A stretch of DNA of 64,000 nucleotides from contig NC_092670.1 in NCBI RefSeq assembly GCF_964355755.1, positions 19,082,795 through 19,146,794 of the forward strand, given 5' to 3'. Source of the stretch: Antedon mediterranea. Lineage: Eukaryota > Animalia > Echinodermata. Positions within the stretch are counted from its first letter, which is position 1. Every line of letters begins with the position of its first letter. The notes under the pieces were generated by a model, which had not been told where the DNA came from, did no database searches, and saw only the letters and a list, made by a program, of their open reading frames with translations. The position numbers and the translations under genes were made by a program. Positions 38,201 through 51,600 of the stretch are shown here, piece after piece.

Positions 38201-41200
38201 TTTGTTATTATTTATTTAATTATACTGGCCAACCACTTCATGCAGTCAAGGACTGGTCTCCCAGAGGGCCCAGTTATGATCAGTGGCTGTGATGTACTAG
38301 TACACCGGGGTAACCCACTACTTGTCTCAAAAGATTTACTAGGTTCTTTAAAGTGCACATGAGCCAGATGTGTACCTTGGACCTACGGTTTATAGTCCTT
38401 ATCAGAGAAGACTCATTCTACCACCAGAACCATGGAGCGAGTGAGCCTCGAACCCTAAGATTGACTTGTTCTTTGTTTATGTACAATCAGCGAATTTTGT
38501 TTCTTCTTAACATTGAATTTCCCAATTTATTCTTCTTTTTTTTTTTTTTTTTTTATTTCATCATATAATAAATTACAAAGGAAAAACATAATCAAATAAA
38601 AAATTAAAATAAAAAGCAACAAACAAAAACAACAAAGATATCCATCTAACAAATTAAATAAAGGTTCATAAAAATTATTCTACTCTCTAACCATTTCATA
38701 TTTGATTTATAAATTCTTCTAATTTTATCCATTTTCTATTAAAAATACTGTCCTCAAAATTCTGATGATAAATAAATTTTTCTGTTTCATAAAACCTTTT
38801 TAACTCGTTCATAACCATTTTGATAGTTGGCTTACATTTAACTAGTTTACATTTATGAATAAATGATTTTACAATTAGAATAATTGCATTAATGGCTTTT
38901 AAATTAAAAAACTGATGCGCATCTTGGTATCCGAAAATTATGCTCTCTTTACTAAAAATAAATTGCACTCCAGTTTTTTCTGAAATTTTTTCCTGGAGGA
39001 GGTTCCATATCCTTTTTACTATTGGACAATTACAGAACAAATGCTGAATGGTTTCAATTTTACCATCTCCAAATGAGCACATTAAAGTTTCTTTTATATT
39101 CATTTTAAATAATTGTTCATTTGTTGCAATTATTCTATTTACAATTTTGTATTGAAAATATATTAAAGCAATATTCATTGTACACGTATGTGGAGCTAGG
39201 TAGATTGTTTTCCATTGTTCGTTATTGAATACAAATTTATTTTCTGCCCATTTCTTTTGTGCTTTCCATGATTTAAACATTGAGTTATTTAAAACATCAT
39301 AAAAAATACGACATCCCTTTCTTTGTTGAAAGAGTACTTTTATATGAAATGGAATATCTGGCAAAACTGTTTTTTTAATTTCACATATCATTAAATTGTT
39401 AAATTTATTCTTTTTGATGTTTTGTCAGGTGGAGCTTCTTATTGTACGTGCCTTATCCAACATCCTGGTATTAGCATGGCCTAATGTGGCTGAAAATGCA
39501 CAGAATTGGGCATCGAGATCAGCAAACCATTCAGGCTTCATGAGAAGGATCACATCAGAATATTGCCAGATTAAAGATGTTCCCAATTTTGCCAAAGACA
39601 AAATGCTTCAGAACAGAGGTAATAGTGCAAATACAATTTGCAGGTTGACTAGGTATGAAGTCATTACATTTTTGTATAAAATGTTTTTGCACTAATAATA
39701 CTAACTTGATTCTTGATAGTAGTGGGAAAAGGGGTAGGTAGATAGATAGAATATTTTTCGTGTTGCACACCAAGGAACAAAGATAACCCACTAAGTCATT
39801 CGCTTCAGGTTTGCCCTTGTCGTGAATTGGGCAGTACCGTGAGAGAAAATCCCTAGTACTGCGTTCTTAACGTGCCCTAGAGCCATGTTGCATGCAGGAC
39901 CAACAGCTTAATGTCTCATTCGGAAGACTGTGCGCTATACATATATTTCAACACGATGATGTGGTAGACTAAAGAAAACCTACCTACCTTTCACGGTTCA
40001 GCACACAACACAGTGACTTGCCACTAGTTTGCCCTTTAAAAACCCACATTGATCTCTTCCTAATACTGATCAAATAGTAAGTAGATACCTTATTGCCAGG
40101 TAGAGAATTCCAGAAATTATTGATTCAAACTTTAAGCACCTTTAATGATGATTTGATTGTTTAGATAAAATGTGGAGTATTGTCTTTTGTATCAAATATA
40201 CTGGAATGATGTTTTTCTAAATACATTTCTTTCCAGCTAAACCATGTATGAAGAGGACTCTTCATCTGTTGGCAAACCATGTAGATTCTGTTTCTGGTGA
40301 AGTATCTAAGACAAAGCAGATTGTCTTCCAATCACTGAAAGAATGTATAGAAGTAACATTGGCATTATTCCCTGTCTACATTAGCCAAGCAGGTAAGATA
40401 AAAGACACCCACCCCTGAGCAGTTACGACCCCTCTTCCTTCCTCAAATTTTGATACCCCATGTGTATAGATGTGTGCAATCGGCAACAATTTACAACGAA
40501 TGCTCTCTCTCTTTATAGTTATACAGTATTTATTTAAAACTTAATCATATCTACCTTAAAGCATGCATAGTTTACTTATTATCAATTTATTTTAAACTTA
40601 ATAAATACAAAATGTAACCTTATTAATTTACATTTTTTTTAGATGTTGTTGATGAAATTATGAGTTTCTACCTTGCAATAATCCAAGGACTCAGAGTGCA
40701 GATGGGCGTGGCTAGTATCCAGTCAACCATAACCGTTTTCATGAACTTATTTACCAGGTAAATGAACCTTAAATGAATTTTTGATTGATTGATTTTTTAA
40801 ATGATTATAATTCTCTCTACCAAAATATGTTTTCAAAGCAAATGACATTTTTTTTCCTGCTCTTTTAGGGAACAATTGACTGCTATTATTCTGAATGAAG
40901 GCAGCTCAGGAGTACGAGTTGTAGAAAAGTAAGCATCACTATTATCTTAATTTAGCATGGCCACAATCGCCATTCTATGTTCCATATAAACACATATTTG
41001 AAAGCAATTTAAGACTTTATGAGATGTGCCAATATATGGACATGATGATGTCATATCACTACGATATTTGGCTATATTACTACCATATTTGGGCACATCA
41101 CACTTTTTTGTGAAATTAGTTTGATAGTGTAGACAGAGCTTTACAGAGAAACATTAATTTTTATTCTTAAATCTTTTTTTTTCTTCAAAGGTTTTTACAA

Positions 41201-43413
41201 ATTTTGGAGTTGATCCTACAAGAACCAGGCTCAGCATTTAAAGGTTTCTTACCCACGATTATCAATATCAGTATGCATCAAATCTATCCTATCATAGCAG
41301 AGGTAAAATCATTTTTTTTTTACAAATGAGTGATAGTTCAATAGGATCTGGCTGGGGTGTGAGAAGGAACTAGCGTGACAACTACATGTTGGCTGTTGTG
41401 AGATTGTACAGTGCCATCAAATGTACATTAACATGCTCTCTTTAAATAGAGTATAATCACATACTTGAATATAATCCAACCCATAATTTACTCTAGATTT
41501 TGAAATGAGAAAAGATTTTGACAAACACATAATGCCTTAAACATAATGTAGACACTTTTTTTGTAATGTTTTTGTTTTCGAGTTCGTGTTGTGTCCGTTG
41601 GATATTGTGCTCCGCCAACAGAGAAAACAGAATTTCTATGTTTTTGATAATGATAATAAATGATACTTGACTTGACTTGATATCCATCTATGTCCCCTGG
41701 GACTATTTCTTCACATAATGCTTGAAATGAAATGAAATAAAATAAATATCAATATACTCTTGTCATATACAATAATCTACCTTCTAAACCTAATGCCTTA
41801 AACATAATGTAGACACTTTTTTTGTAATGTTTTTGTTTTCGAGTTCGTGTTGTGTCCGTTGGATATTGTGCTCCGCCAACAGAGAAAACAGAATTTCTAT
41901 GTTTTTGATAATGATAATAAATGATACTTGACTTGACTTGATATCCATCTATGTCCCCTGGGACTATTTCTTCACATAATGCTTGAAATGAAATGAAATA
42001 AAATAAATATCAATATACTCTTGTCATATACAATAATCTACCTTCTAAACCTTCTAAAAAGAATATTATGATTAATTACAGAGGCAGTCACCTGATATCA
42101 AGTTAGTACTGTTCAGACTGCTTTTTGAGCTTCTACAAAACAAGTGGAGATATTTCTTCCCATCATCTATACTGACAAAGATGCAGTCAGACACAGAAGC
42201 TGTAGATCACACTGATGAGTTTATTGTTATCATGCAGGTTGGTATCTTATGGGTTATGATGCCAGAGGTCCCAACTTGGGAAAGTCCATTCGCAGGAGAT
42301 TTTGTCTTGAACCACATTCAATTCATCGGGGCGTTGAAAGTCAACGCGCGTGTGTCGTTTACGTCTCTTAATTAACTAAATATGTTACATATACAGTATA
42401 TACAATATTTACACATAAGTTGGCTTAATTTTTACATAGGTTTATACATCAGTATTTTTACATTCTAATATTTTTTTTATGGACACATCCTCAGTACAAA
42501 AAATGTAAAAAATATATACTGTATTTTAACTCAAACTTAATTACATAATGTACAATAAACACATGATAGTATTGCCCAATAGAATTTACTCATTTTTTTA
42601 TGATGCTTACAATTCAATCATGAAGATCGTTATTGTTTCTATGTACTACAAGTCATCTATCTATTGTTTGATATGTAATTGTTTTGCAGTCTTTCGGGCA
42701 ATCTTTCTTACAACCTGACATAGCAGTCTTCCGACAAAACTTGGAGTGCTTGGAGAAGCTGAATGAGAAATTGAAATTGTACCACAAGGTAGGTAGCATT
42801 TACAAGATCAGTATGCTGTGTGAAAAGTATCCTGACATATGACAGTATTTAACCTGCAGTCCTGGAAGTATTGTATCTTCAATCCACACTTACTTATCAA
42901 AACGTTTTAAAATCCTAATTCATTCTCTTGAAGCTATGTAGAGAAGGCTTGTTAGATTTCACCCTTTTCTTCCATTAGAAAATATTCCGTGAGATGATGT
43001 TAGTACCATTCTTAAATGTACTTCTTCAAGTGCTACTCCACAAGTCACATGACCTTCTCCAAGAAGAGATTGGAATGACTATCTACAACATGGCTGCCGT
43101 GGACTTTGACAACTTCTATGTTGCATTCCTATGTCAGTTTTTAGAGGGCGCTGATGGGATCGACCCAAATCAGAGGTCGGTTCTTGATAGGAACTTCAAG
43201 AAAGATAGGGTAAGGAAAATAAGTGGTGATTTTTAGGTTTATAGAAACAAAAACGTTTTTGTTACTCGAGCAGTTCAAGATTTTTACAAATTTTTCATCT
43301 TTTGTCTCCAGGATTATCCAACCTTTATACAAAACCTCCAGAGATTCGTGAATGATCTACGTTACTACAGACTCTGCAATAGCGCCCTGCCTGCTAATTC
43401 TGTGAAGCTTTGA
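29245..43413 (+). CDS. XPO6: Exportin-6; 24 coding exons (ATG 29245-29247, 30102-30192, 30952-31064, 33222-33419, 33731-33890, 34277-34417, 34643-35099, ... 42979-43209, 43312-43413)
   Basis: MATDADSLLALEGLMNEFFAPTTTNIRKREIEELLNNF (human MASEEASLRALESLMTEFF...RKREIEELLNNF), IRNKLIKVIV..ARLDWPHFY, TTSEELAAPREDLS, LLHKSHDLLQEEI, NDLRYYRLCNSALPANSVKL*. GT-AG junctions with continuous phase. Confidence 0.96.
30370..30510 (-). mobile_element. Degenerate SINE fragment in XPO6 intron 2
   Basis: caggtatccatttacaactagttggagcgaggc...taaagtttctttcttaagaacaca resembles a reverse-strand SINE core. Confidence 0.45.
31360..32018. mobile_element. Tc1/mariner-pogo-type MITE in XPO6 intron 3
   Basis: TIR CAGTCGACTCC...GGAGTCGACTG, TA target duplication (31358-59, 32019-20), repeated ttcgactta subterminal motifs. 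Confidence 0.85.
33915..34200 (-). mobile_element. tRNA-derived SINE with Deu/Nin-like central domain
   Basis: On the - strand: A box tggctgagcgg, B box ggttcaaggctc, then cttctcggataaggactataaa...gcactttaaagaacc...gagtagg. Second copy at ~38215-38455; more distant relative at ~39780-39930. Confidence 0.75.
38215..38455 (-). mobile_element. Second, 5'-truncated copy of the same SINE
   Basis: gactggtctcccagag.gcccagttatgatcagtggctgtgatgtac...ctaccaccagaaccatggagc shared with 33941-34122. Confidence 0.8.
38535..39401 (-). mobile_element. 5'-truncated L1/Tx1-type LINE in XPO6 intron 15
   Basis: ORF 38696-39391 with FQYKIVNRII and CSF...ETIQHLFCNC (C-terminal RT zinc-binding region), poly(A) seen as a T run at ~38536-38553, 11-bp TSD aatttattctt (38524-38534, 39402-39412). 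Confidence 0.85.
41015..41143. mobile_element. Short palindromic MITE; second copy at ~55732-55869
   Basis: Shared gatgtg.c.a.atatg.aca.gatgatgtcatatcactac.atatttgggcaca core, and aaagctctgtctacactatcaaa / tttgatagtgtagacagagcttt ends. Confidence 0.7.
41530..42051. repeat. Apparently exact 261-bp tandem duplication in XPO6 intron 20
   Basis: taatgccttaaacataatg...cttctaaacc at 41530-41790 is repeated at 41791-42051. Confidence 0.9.
42263..42600 (+). mobile_element. One-ended copy of the DNA transposon at 48999-50499
   Basis: Reverse complement of ~50098-50499, starting CAGAGGTCCCAACT; flanked by ttatgatgc (42254-42262, 42598-42606). Confidence 0.8.
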
Positions 43414-45651
43414 AATGAAAGTACTCCAAAATGAAGGTCTATGCAAAGATGAAAGGTATTGGCAGTGGACGATGCGATATAACGTAGGTGTTGAGATTAA
43501 ATTATTTCACACCTTGATGTTAAGTGCACTTACGTAGTCACAGTATAGGGGGCTTTTGATCGCAATATACCCAAGACTGAAAGCACTTGTGCATAATCTG
43601 CACAAACCTTCTGCTGTTGCGAGTTTGCTGTATGTCAAAATAATGGAGCCAGTAAGGGTTGTGAGCATTACAATTGATTGCTTTAGCAAGTGCTCTCTAA
43701 TTACACAAATGAAGAATGCTATGTCCACATGTTTTGAAGAGCGGCCATTTGATTCTCATGTTTTGAAGAGAGGCCATTAAACATGTTGTTTTTTTGGATT
43801 GATATAATTTTCATATACTCATTCCGTACAATAATTCCATGGTTACAAGTATATGAGATTGGTACATACAAAAGAAAAACAAATAGAATAAATAACATGT
43901 GTGAAAAGCGTGTGTTTTGTATGTATTCATGTATACAGTATTAACCCACCAAGCAAGGTTCACAAGTTAGATTATCCCACCAAGGGAGTCACAGTCGGCG
44001 GGTGGAACATATCAGTGCAGGTATGTTACTTATTATTTCAGATGGATATTAAAAAAAAAAGTTACTAAGCCTATTTTCTGGTATTATACTCAAGGAGTAC
44101 AAGTTACTACTTTAAAATATAATACTGCTGTGATGCCAAATCAAAATCACATGACCAAATAATTATTTCTTTCACGCTATTTCCCTAATGGTATATATTT
44201 GAATAGATAACATACTTCATATTTTTCTGTGATGAACAGTATAAACGTGAGTGATATTAATCTATTTAAATCATTCATGCGTATCAGATTTGCCATCTAT
44301 AGATAGCAGCTTCCTTCAAGTAAGGAATATAACCTCGTGTCATTGGAATTTGATAAATTTTGATTTAATGTGAAGGCTTCCATTAAAATAGAAATAACTT
44401 GTTGAAAGATTGATTCGCAGCTTTCAGCGATTTTCATAGTTATGTTGTATATGGTTTTAATAATTGGATCAATATCCATATGACCAAAATAATAATTTAG
44501 TTAGTATGTAAATTAATGTTCAAAATTTTGTATGTATTTAATTTGCTCAGTTTATTTACTTGTACAGAGGTTTATTTAGCCACTTAATGTTTAATAAAAT
44601 ATTTGTTCTTTTAACATCTCCACCAGAGTAAATTGTGTATTATTTGGAAAAAAAATAGATGAAAAGATATTTATTTTTATATAAAATCATATTTCTGTTT
44701 TGTTTACTTATCAAACACTATTTTTAAACCAACATTCTAACAGAGTTATATATTATTACTAAAACCTCTAATCTTGTTAAATTTTCTTTCAAATGATTTA
44801 TGTTTTCTGTATGTTTTTTTTATTTTAAAGAATATAATGTTCTATATGAGTTGTTTTTATATTTAAATAATCGTATTTATCAAGTTGTTTAGGAATGATA
44901 CATAACACACTTTGTTGCAGCAGCAAATATAGCAATATTACTGCAAAATGTCAGTATTACTGCAGAGAAAATAGCAGTATTACTGTTGTAGAATAGCTTT
45001 CCTAATAGAACAGAAGAGGGGGGATGGGGATATTAATTTGAGAAGTATTATTGAAGGAGATACAGTTAAACTTCAGTAAAATTAATGATAAAAACATAAC
45101 TACATTTTAGTATGCAGCTTTTTGATTTATACATCTTAGTATGTATACATTTCTTGGATTTAGTATACTTGACAAATGTCTTACTTTTGGGAAAAGAATC
45201 AAATACCCAGCTAAAGATGGACATAGTTGAGGGCTCCATTTTAACAAATTTGTTTTCATTTATTGCTTGGTTTGTTTCTGCATCTCAACCTGTTACTTCC
45301 ATGTATTTATTAGAACAAGGAAAATGTGTTATGTGTTAATAGGGGGAAATATGTAAATATTTGCAAGCACTTATATGCAATAAAATGTTTATCTCATCTA
45401 AATAATTGTTTATTTTTGTGTTTTTGCACCTTTTTTTTGTAACTATATTAACCTGTACATGTAATAGACTCACTTAATAAGATTCTCTTCATCTTGATAA
45501 TTTCTTGGTCACCAGAAACAGAGTGCTCTTGAGAGATCCAACAGGAATGATAGAACAGTTTGATAGAAGAATAATGCTATTAAAGTCTCTGAAAATATTG
45601 TGATAAGCAATATAACGTTTGTATATTTCTCAGATGTCAGAGAGTGAAAGT

Positions 45652-48600
45652 TTAGAATTTGTTAAAAGTCAAAGGATACATAAGTTTTGGTTTTATATCG
45701 TTGTTTCTCATTTGATCAATTTGTTCTTTAGATTTGTCTATAGTACTCTCTAAACGTTGCTTCTGATCATGGCTTAGGTAATCATAAATCTGAAAACAAA
45801 CAATAATACAGTTCATTTTTTTTCCATCTGTCGTGAATATTCAACAATTGTGTAATTTAAAAAAAAATTTTTTGTTTATATTTCATATGCATCCAACAGC
45901 GAGTAACTCGCCAATTACAGGAAGGGAACTATTTATATAATTTATCATGCTTATAAACTAAGTTTCATTTGAGGCTTAGGGAATGGAGTTCAAAGAGTCA
46001 TGAGTTACAAACCTGGCAGGAATGAACCCTGGACCTTGTGATTGGAACGCAAGCATGTTAACCACAGCTGCAATGTACAAAACGTTGTTTTGTACATTAA
46101 TTACTGTATGAAGTTATCAGTTGATTTCATTACCTTATTTATGATATGCAGTATCATATGATAAGCGTTGGTTGATATTTGTGACCATGCTTTAAATGCT
46201 GTAATCAGGCTGACAAACCCATTCAGTAGATGTTCAATCCAGAACTTGTAGGACATAAACTGTAAAAAAGAACAAATAAACCAGAACCTTGCGGGTACTT
46301 CAAAATAAACTTCATTCATTCATAAACAGGTAATTGTAAAACAAATGGTGTTTACATAATTATGGTTGAAGTCACTGAAGTAGAAAGAACTGGCATCTGC
46401 TCTTTAGCAGTGAATTAGATTCAGCACATTCAATGTAATTTTTTTACCAAATTACTGCTTTATATAATAGATCCCAAAAACAAAACACTGATACTGAATA
46501 CCAAATTTATGAAATACCATATTGTAAAGTTGAATAAGAGTTGGCGATATAAACAATGGTGATTGGACTTGTAACAGCAGCCTCACAAGGGCTCCATTCC
46601 ATGGCTGTCTTAGTAATATGTCACCTGAGATAGAATAAAATAATATTATTGGTTTCTGAACCTATTTTTGAGAGGGTTATTGTCTATTTAAAAGTTGCCT
46701 ACCGTAGACAGAATACATACCTTGTTCATTGTCTTTGCTACGTACATAGTTCAGAAGGCTTGTATAACATTTAATGGCTAACAAACTTTCACTGCCAGAA
46801 TCCTAAAAAAAAATGTTTATTATATATATATATAAACAAATCAGGCACAGAACATTAATTATAAACTGCCCGGTGATATACTGAAATTTAATTAATTTAT
46901 TTGAAACGATAAAGATGAGGAAATCTGTGAGAATGAGAAAAAGTCGCCCCAACCGAGACTCGAACTCGGACCGCCTGCTTGATATGCAGATGTCCTAACC
47001 ATTAGACCACTGGGGCTTTCATGGTATTGTTCAAACTCGATATTTATATATTTTTTAACAGTAGAAACCCACCTTTGGGACACTCCTACTAAGGGGACAC
47101 TCCTACTAAGGGGACACTCCTACTAAAGGGACACTCCTACTAAGGGGACACTTTCCTGTGAAACAAATGATTTCTATTAAGGGGAAACTTTGACACAATT
47201 AATTCCGAAGGCATCTCCTTAATAGGGTTCCACTGTACCATCATAATGATATTTTGTAGATGTATAATTAAAAGCCTCAAGTGATCTGTTTTAATGTGAA
47301 GGTTCATATCTTTATCTTGTAAAAGCTCATGTTGTCTATCGCCCTCTCTCAGTCGAATAAAGTTGTCTGGTGAAAAGTTTGTCTTGAAGATTGTTGTCCA
47401 AAAGTTTAATGCTGTATCTAAAAATAGCACAAAGCATAATATGCCTTTAATAATAATTAGCACAAAAATAGAAACTATGATATTACAAGCTATCCGATTA
47501 TTAATGTTTGATCTGCCTAATCATAATAAATATTTAAAAAAAAACACTTGCATCTCTGAAAGGATAACTTATTGGTAGACACCAAATCACTCAACCATTT
47601 GATATCTACTTCTATCTTCAAACATGCCTACAAATAAATAAATACATTTACTTACATCGTACATTTTAAAAAGTGTTGGTGTACTTCTTTTAAATTAATA
47701 ATTTTTCTTTTCACACTTACCTTTTGTCGATGTTGGTGTTGAAGTTCAAGCAGTGAGCTTAGTAAACTCAATATCGAGCATTTAAGAGCTTCACTTTCTT
47801 CTTGTAACAGATTCTCAAACAGTTGTAGTAATGTTTTGTTTGATAAAAGAATAGATAGAACTAAACGAAGAAAAAAATAAAATAAATGTACAATATCATT
47901 TATAGCTGAAATATAGCTAGTAAAATCAGGTTTGCATACACTGTGTGCTATCAAATGAAAATTGAGTAAAGTTGAGAATGTTTCGATCTTCTACAAAGCT
48001 ATGTCTGTATTTTAATCTCTTTTAGTGTAGCTTTACGATTTAAGTTTCATGATCGAGAATAGTATAATCTATTTGCACACATTAGACTTATATATGGCAG
48101 AATCATCATTGATTATGGGTACATTTATCGCTTTAAACCATCTTGGTTATAGATTGATATTGAGTCATTGGTTTGTTGGTTGTTGTATTGAGTCTTACCA
48201 CTAGTGTCTTGGTTGTTTACAGTAGCAAATAGCAAGCAATGAAGATAGTTGACAATCACAGACTTGGTGTTTATAGAGTTAATTGATTTAGTCAACATGT
48301 TTGTCACTGTGAAAACAAAAGTAAAATAAATCAGTAGTGGCTATAGCAGACATGTATGTATGAATGAAATAGGAATTTTTATTTGAAATTAAATACCGTA
48401 ATAGACAAGCTTCAACTCTACAGCAGATGTCGAGTCCTGTGACTTCAGGTTTATTTCAGTTAACAACTTCAATAGTGACGATATTTTTGTTTCTGGAGAA
48501 AAAAAAGATATTAAACAATCCCAATATTTGATAGTACTTTTTTTTCCTGTAACCATATACTTTTTTCAGTTTTATATTAAAGGTTGTTACGTCTTCTATT

Positions 48601-51600
48601 CTTACCTGTGTCTGCATGAACACGATCTTGTAGAAACATTTCAATAACTATTTGTGGAAGTCTCTCTTGTAGTAAATGTATCATGTCAGAATTTAGAGTA
48701 TTGTTATTTGGGTAGATTGTATCAGCTGAGTTGATGTTATTTGGGCATGAAATGTCGGAATCAAAATCAATCATGTTAGAGAATCTGGTATCAGATGAGG
48801 AATTGTTTGCAAATGAAGAGTCAGAAATTGGATTAATTTTGTTTGAGCATGTTGCGTCAGAAACAGGATCGGCAGCCATTGATGGGTAAATGATTGATTT
48901 AATGAACAGAAGACAGCGATTCGTAACTGCTTCATCTTCATTTAGAATAACATCCTAAAAAGAAAATTCAGTTATACTTATTAAGTCATGTGTTAAGTCA
49001 GGGGTCCCAAGTCTACCGCTACTCGCGGTAGTCTACCGCTTTTAGTACCCATCTACCGCGCTACCGCTATCTCGACGTTTTCTACCGCATTTTGATTTTT
49101 TTACCGCATTTTCAAATTTCCCCATATTTTTGGCCAAATTGATTTACGGTTACACCCAGCCTCAGCCCAGGTCAACAATAGTCAATAACCAGACAAAAGT
49201 GAGGCAGGATGTTGAAACAATGTCTATTCATGCAGTCTCCGTGGTCTATTATTGTATTTTTATTTGTATGCACTGCCATGCACGCTACTACACGCAGGAC
49301 GTAGAAAAAAAAGAAGCGTGCAACCAACCGTGAATCAATCACGTGCTAACCGGAATACGCGATTATCAATTTTGGGAGGATCCAAGTTTTAACTAAATAA
49401 ACGCTTTGATTACAAAGTGGTTGAGACACGTTTTTAATAGTTATTACATTTTTAAACACCCTCATAATTAATGAACTCTACCAATGTTGATCCGCTGCAA
49501 AGAACAACAGATCGCACATCGCACGAGGTTGTTGAGGCGGTGTTTTATTTGGTTTTACTGTACGATCCGATAATACGAACATGTTAAATGATTTAAAAGG
49601 CATGGATTCGCCAAGCAAGTAGGCCTACGTTTAATAAAAATAAAAAAAAGATTTTCGTAAGCTCTTTTGTTCAAACTTGTTATTTATTATATAGCAATAA
49701 GCCAATGGCTGCTGTTTTGTATGTGTTTTTAAACCTAAATAAATAAATAAATAAATAAAATAATCCACCCGTTCCGGCATGCACGCTAGGCCTCTAGCCT
49801 AGCTAGGCCTACTCCTCGATCGATCGATGTTGCTGGTGGGGAATTTCCCAGCGATAAGAAATCGGCGAAATAGCTCATAAACGGCCTACATTTTAATGTT
49901 ATATCTTTAATGCCAGTGTAATTACGTATGGATAAAACAATATAAAACTCAATGTTTTTCATCTGAAATAATATGTTAACTCGCGTAATGTAGCATAAGA
50001 CGGATTCGGAATAGTTATTTCGATTGTTTTGGGGTTTTAAAATGGTAGCTAGCTAGGGCCTAGCTAGAAGTAGAAGCCCTAGGCTAGGCCTGTGCCTAAA
50101 AAAAATGAGTAAATTCTATTGGGCAATACTATCATGTGCTTATTGTACATTATGTAATTAAGTTAAATTATTTTATATACTGAATATTAGTTAAAATACA
50201 GTATATATTTTTTACATTTTTTGTACTGAGGATGTGTCCATAAAAAAAATATTAGAATGTAAAAATACTGATGTATAAACCTATGTAAAAATTAAGCCAA
50301 CTTATGTGTAAATATTGTATATACTGTATATGTAACATATTTAGTTAATTAAGAGACGTAAACGACACGCGTGTTGATTTTCGATTCCCCGCGTGTTGAT
50401 TTTCGATTCCCCGCGCGTTGACTTTCGACGCCCCGATGAATTGAATGTGGTTCACGACAAAATCTCCTGCGAATAGACTTTCCCAAGTTGGGACCTCTGG
50501 TTAAGTTATCTATCTCAACTATGAGAGAGATACTGTAGATTGGGCTGGAGATCATGGAATTAAGAATCGACTGGAGAGAACATCTTGTAGCCTTATGGGA
50601 CATTAGCGTAAAGAGGAAAGGTAAGGTAAAAGATGTTAACTGCTGAACTACAGTATATTTTATATTCATCGAATTTTAAAAGCGTTCATTGGTCATTGTA
50701 CACCTTCAATTACGTCATTTAATCATCTTAACTGACAATAGACGTATAAATAAATGTTCTTTGTTTTTAAATGTCTAGTATAGTTTTAAATATATGTTGC
50801 ACTTACTAATATATCTTCAATTAATTTGCTTCTAGAAATTGAGTCAAGACGTGCCATACCCTTTCTAAACATTTTTAGTGCATTACTATCTGTTATTCTG
50901 TTTAACTTATCTCCATCTTTACTACTTTCAGTGTGGCTTTCTTCTTCTTCTGTACCATTGTCATCTGGTATTGTAGGTAAATTTATTAGCCACTGTACAA
51001 GCTAGAATAAATTTAGATAATTTCTTATTTATTTTTTCATTCAATATTTAGTGATTATTTATATATAAATGAGAAGTTAAGTAACTTACAAATCCTCTTC
51101 TAATATTCTGGGGTACATCTTGTGTCATGTAGGCCCATTGAATCAGCAAAGGGTTTTCATTAAAAATAACGGAGTAATCCATCTTCTCCAATACTCGAAT
51201 CAATGAGGCTGGAGCTATTAGATCAAGTGGACAGACAAAACCATTTTTTATTCTTGAGATAGAATTTAGGCTAACTTATTGTAGATATCTAATTATGATA
51301 AAACACTATTCTAAAAATACCTTTTTCCTTTATTATACTGTGTTGTCCCAAAGTTGCACTGTTAAAGCCAGTTGTATACAGATACATGAATTTTTTTAGA
51401 CTTGATTGGTCTAGATCAGATATGAGGCAGTGTTCACTGCTAAGATACAAGTTGAGACCTTCAAATACATCAATATCATTCGCTAACCTTAAAAACAAGT
51501 TTTTAAAAATTAATGTTTCTGTTACATACACTTAGTGTATATAAGTTTATGTACATTACTCAATTGCCTTTCTCAATTGTTTTAGACTTTAAACATAAAT

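Noticed and set aside
43507-45339. Short ORFs between XPO6 and MEI1, and antisense ORFs over exons
   Set aside because: No motifs or splice support; consistent with 3' UTR and chance ORFs.
47075-47152. 17-bp repeats as CRISPR or iterons
   Set aside because: Contiguous minisatellite within a MITE, no spacers, eukaryotic intron.
49838-49849. NF-kB-like site ggggaatttccc
   Set aside because: Single motif inside a transposon in a MEI1 intron, far from the STING promoters.
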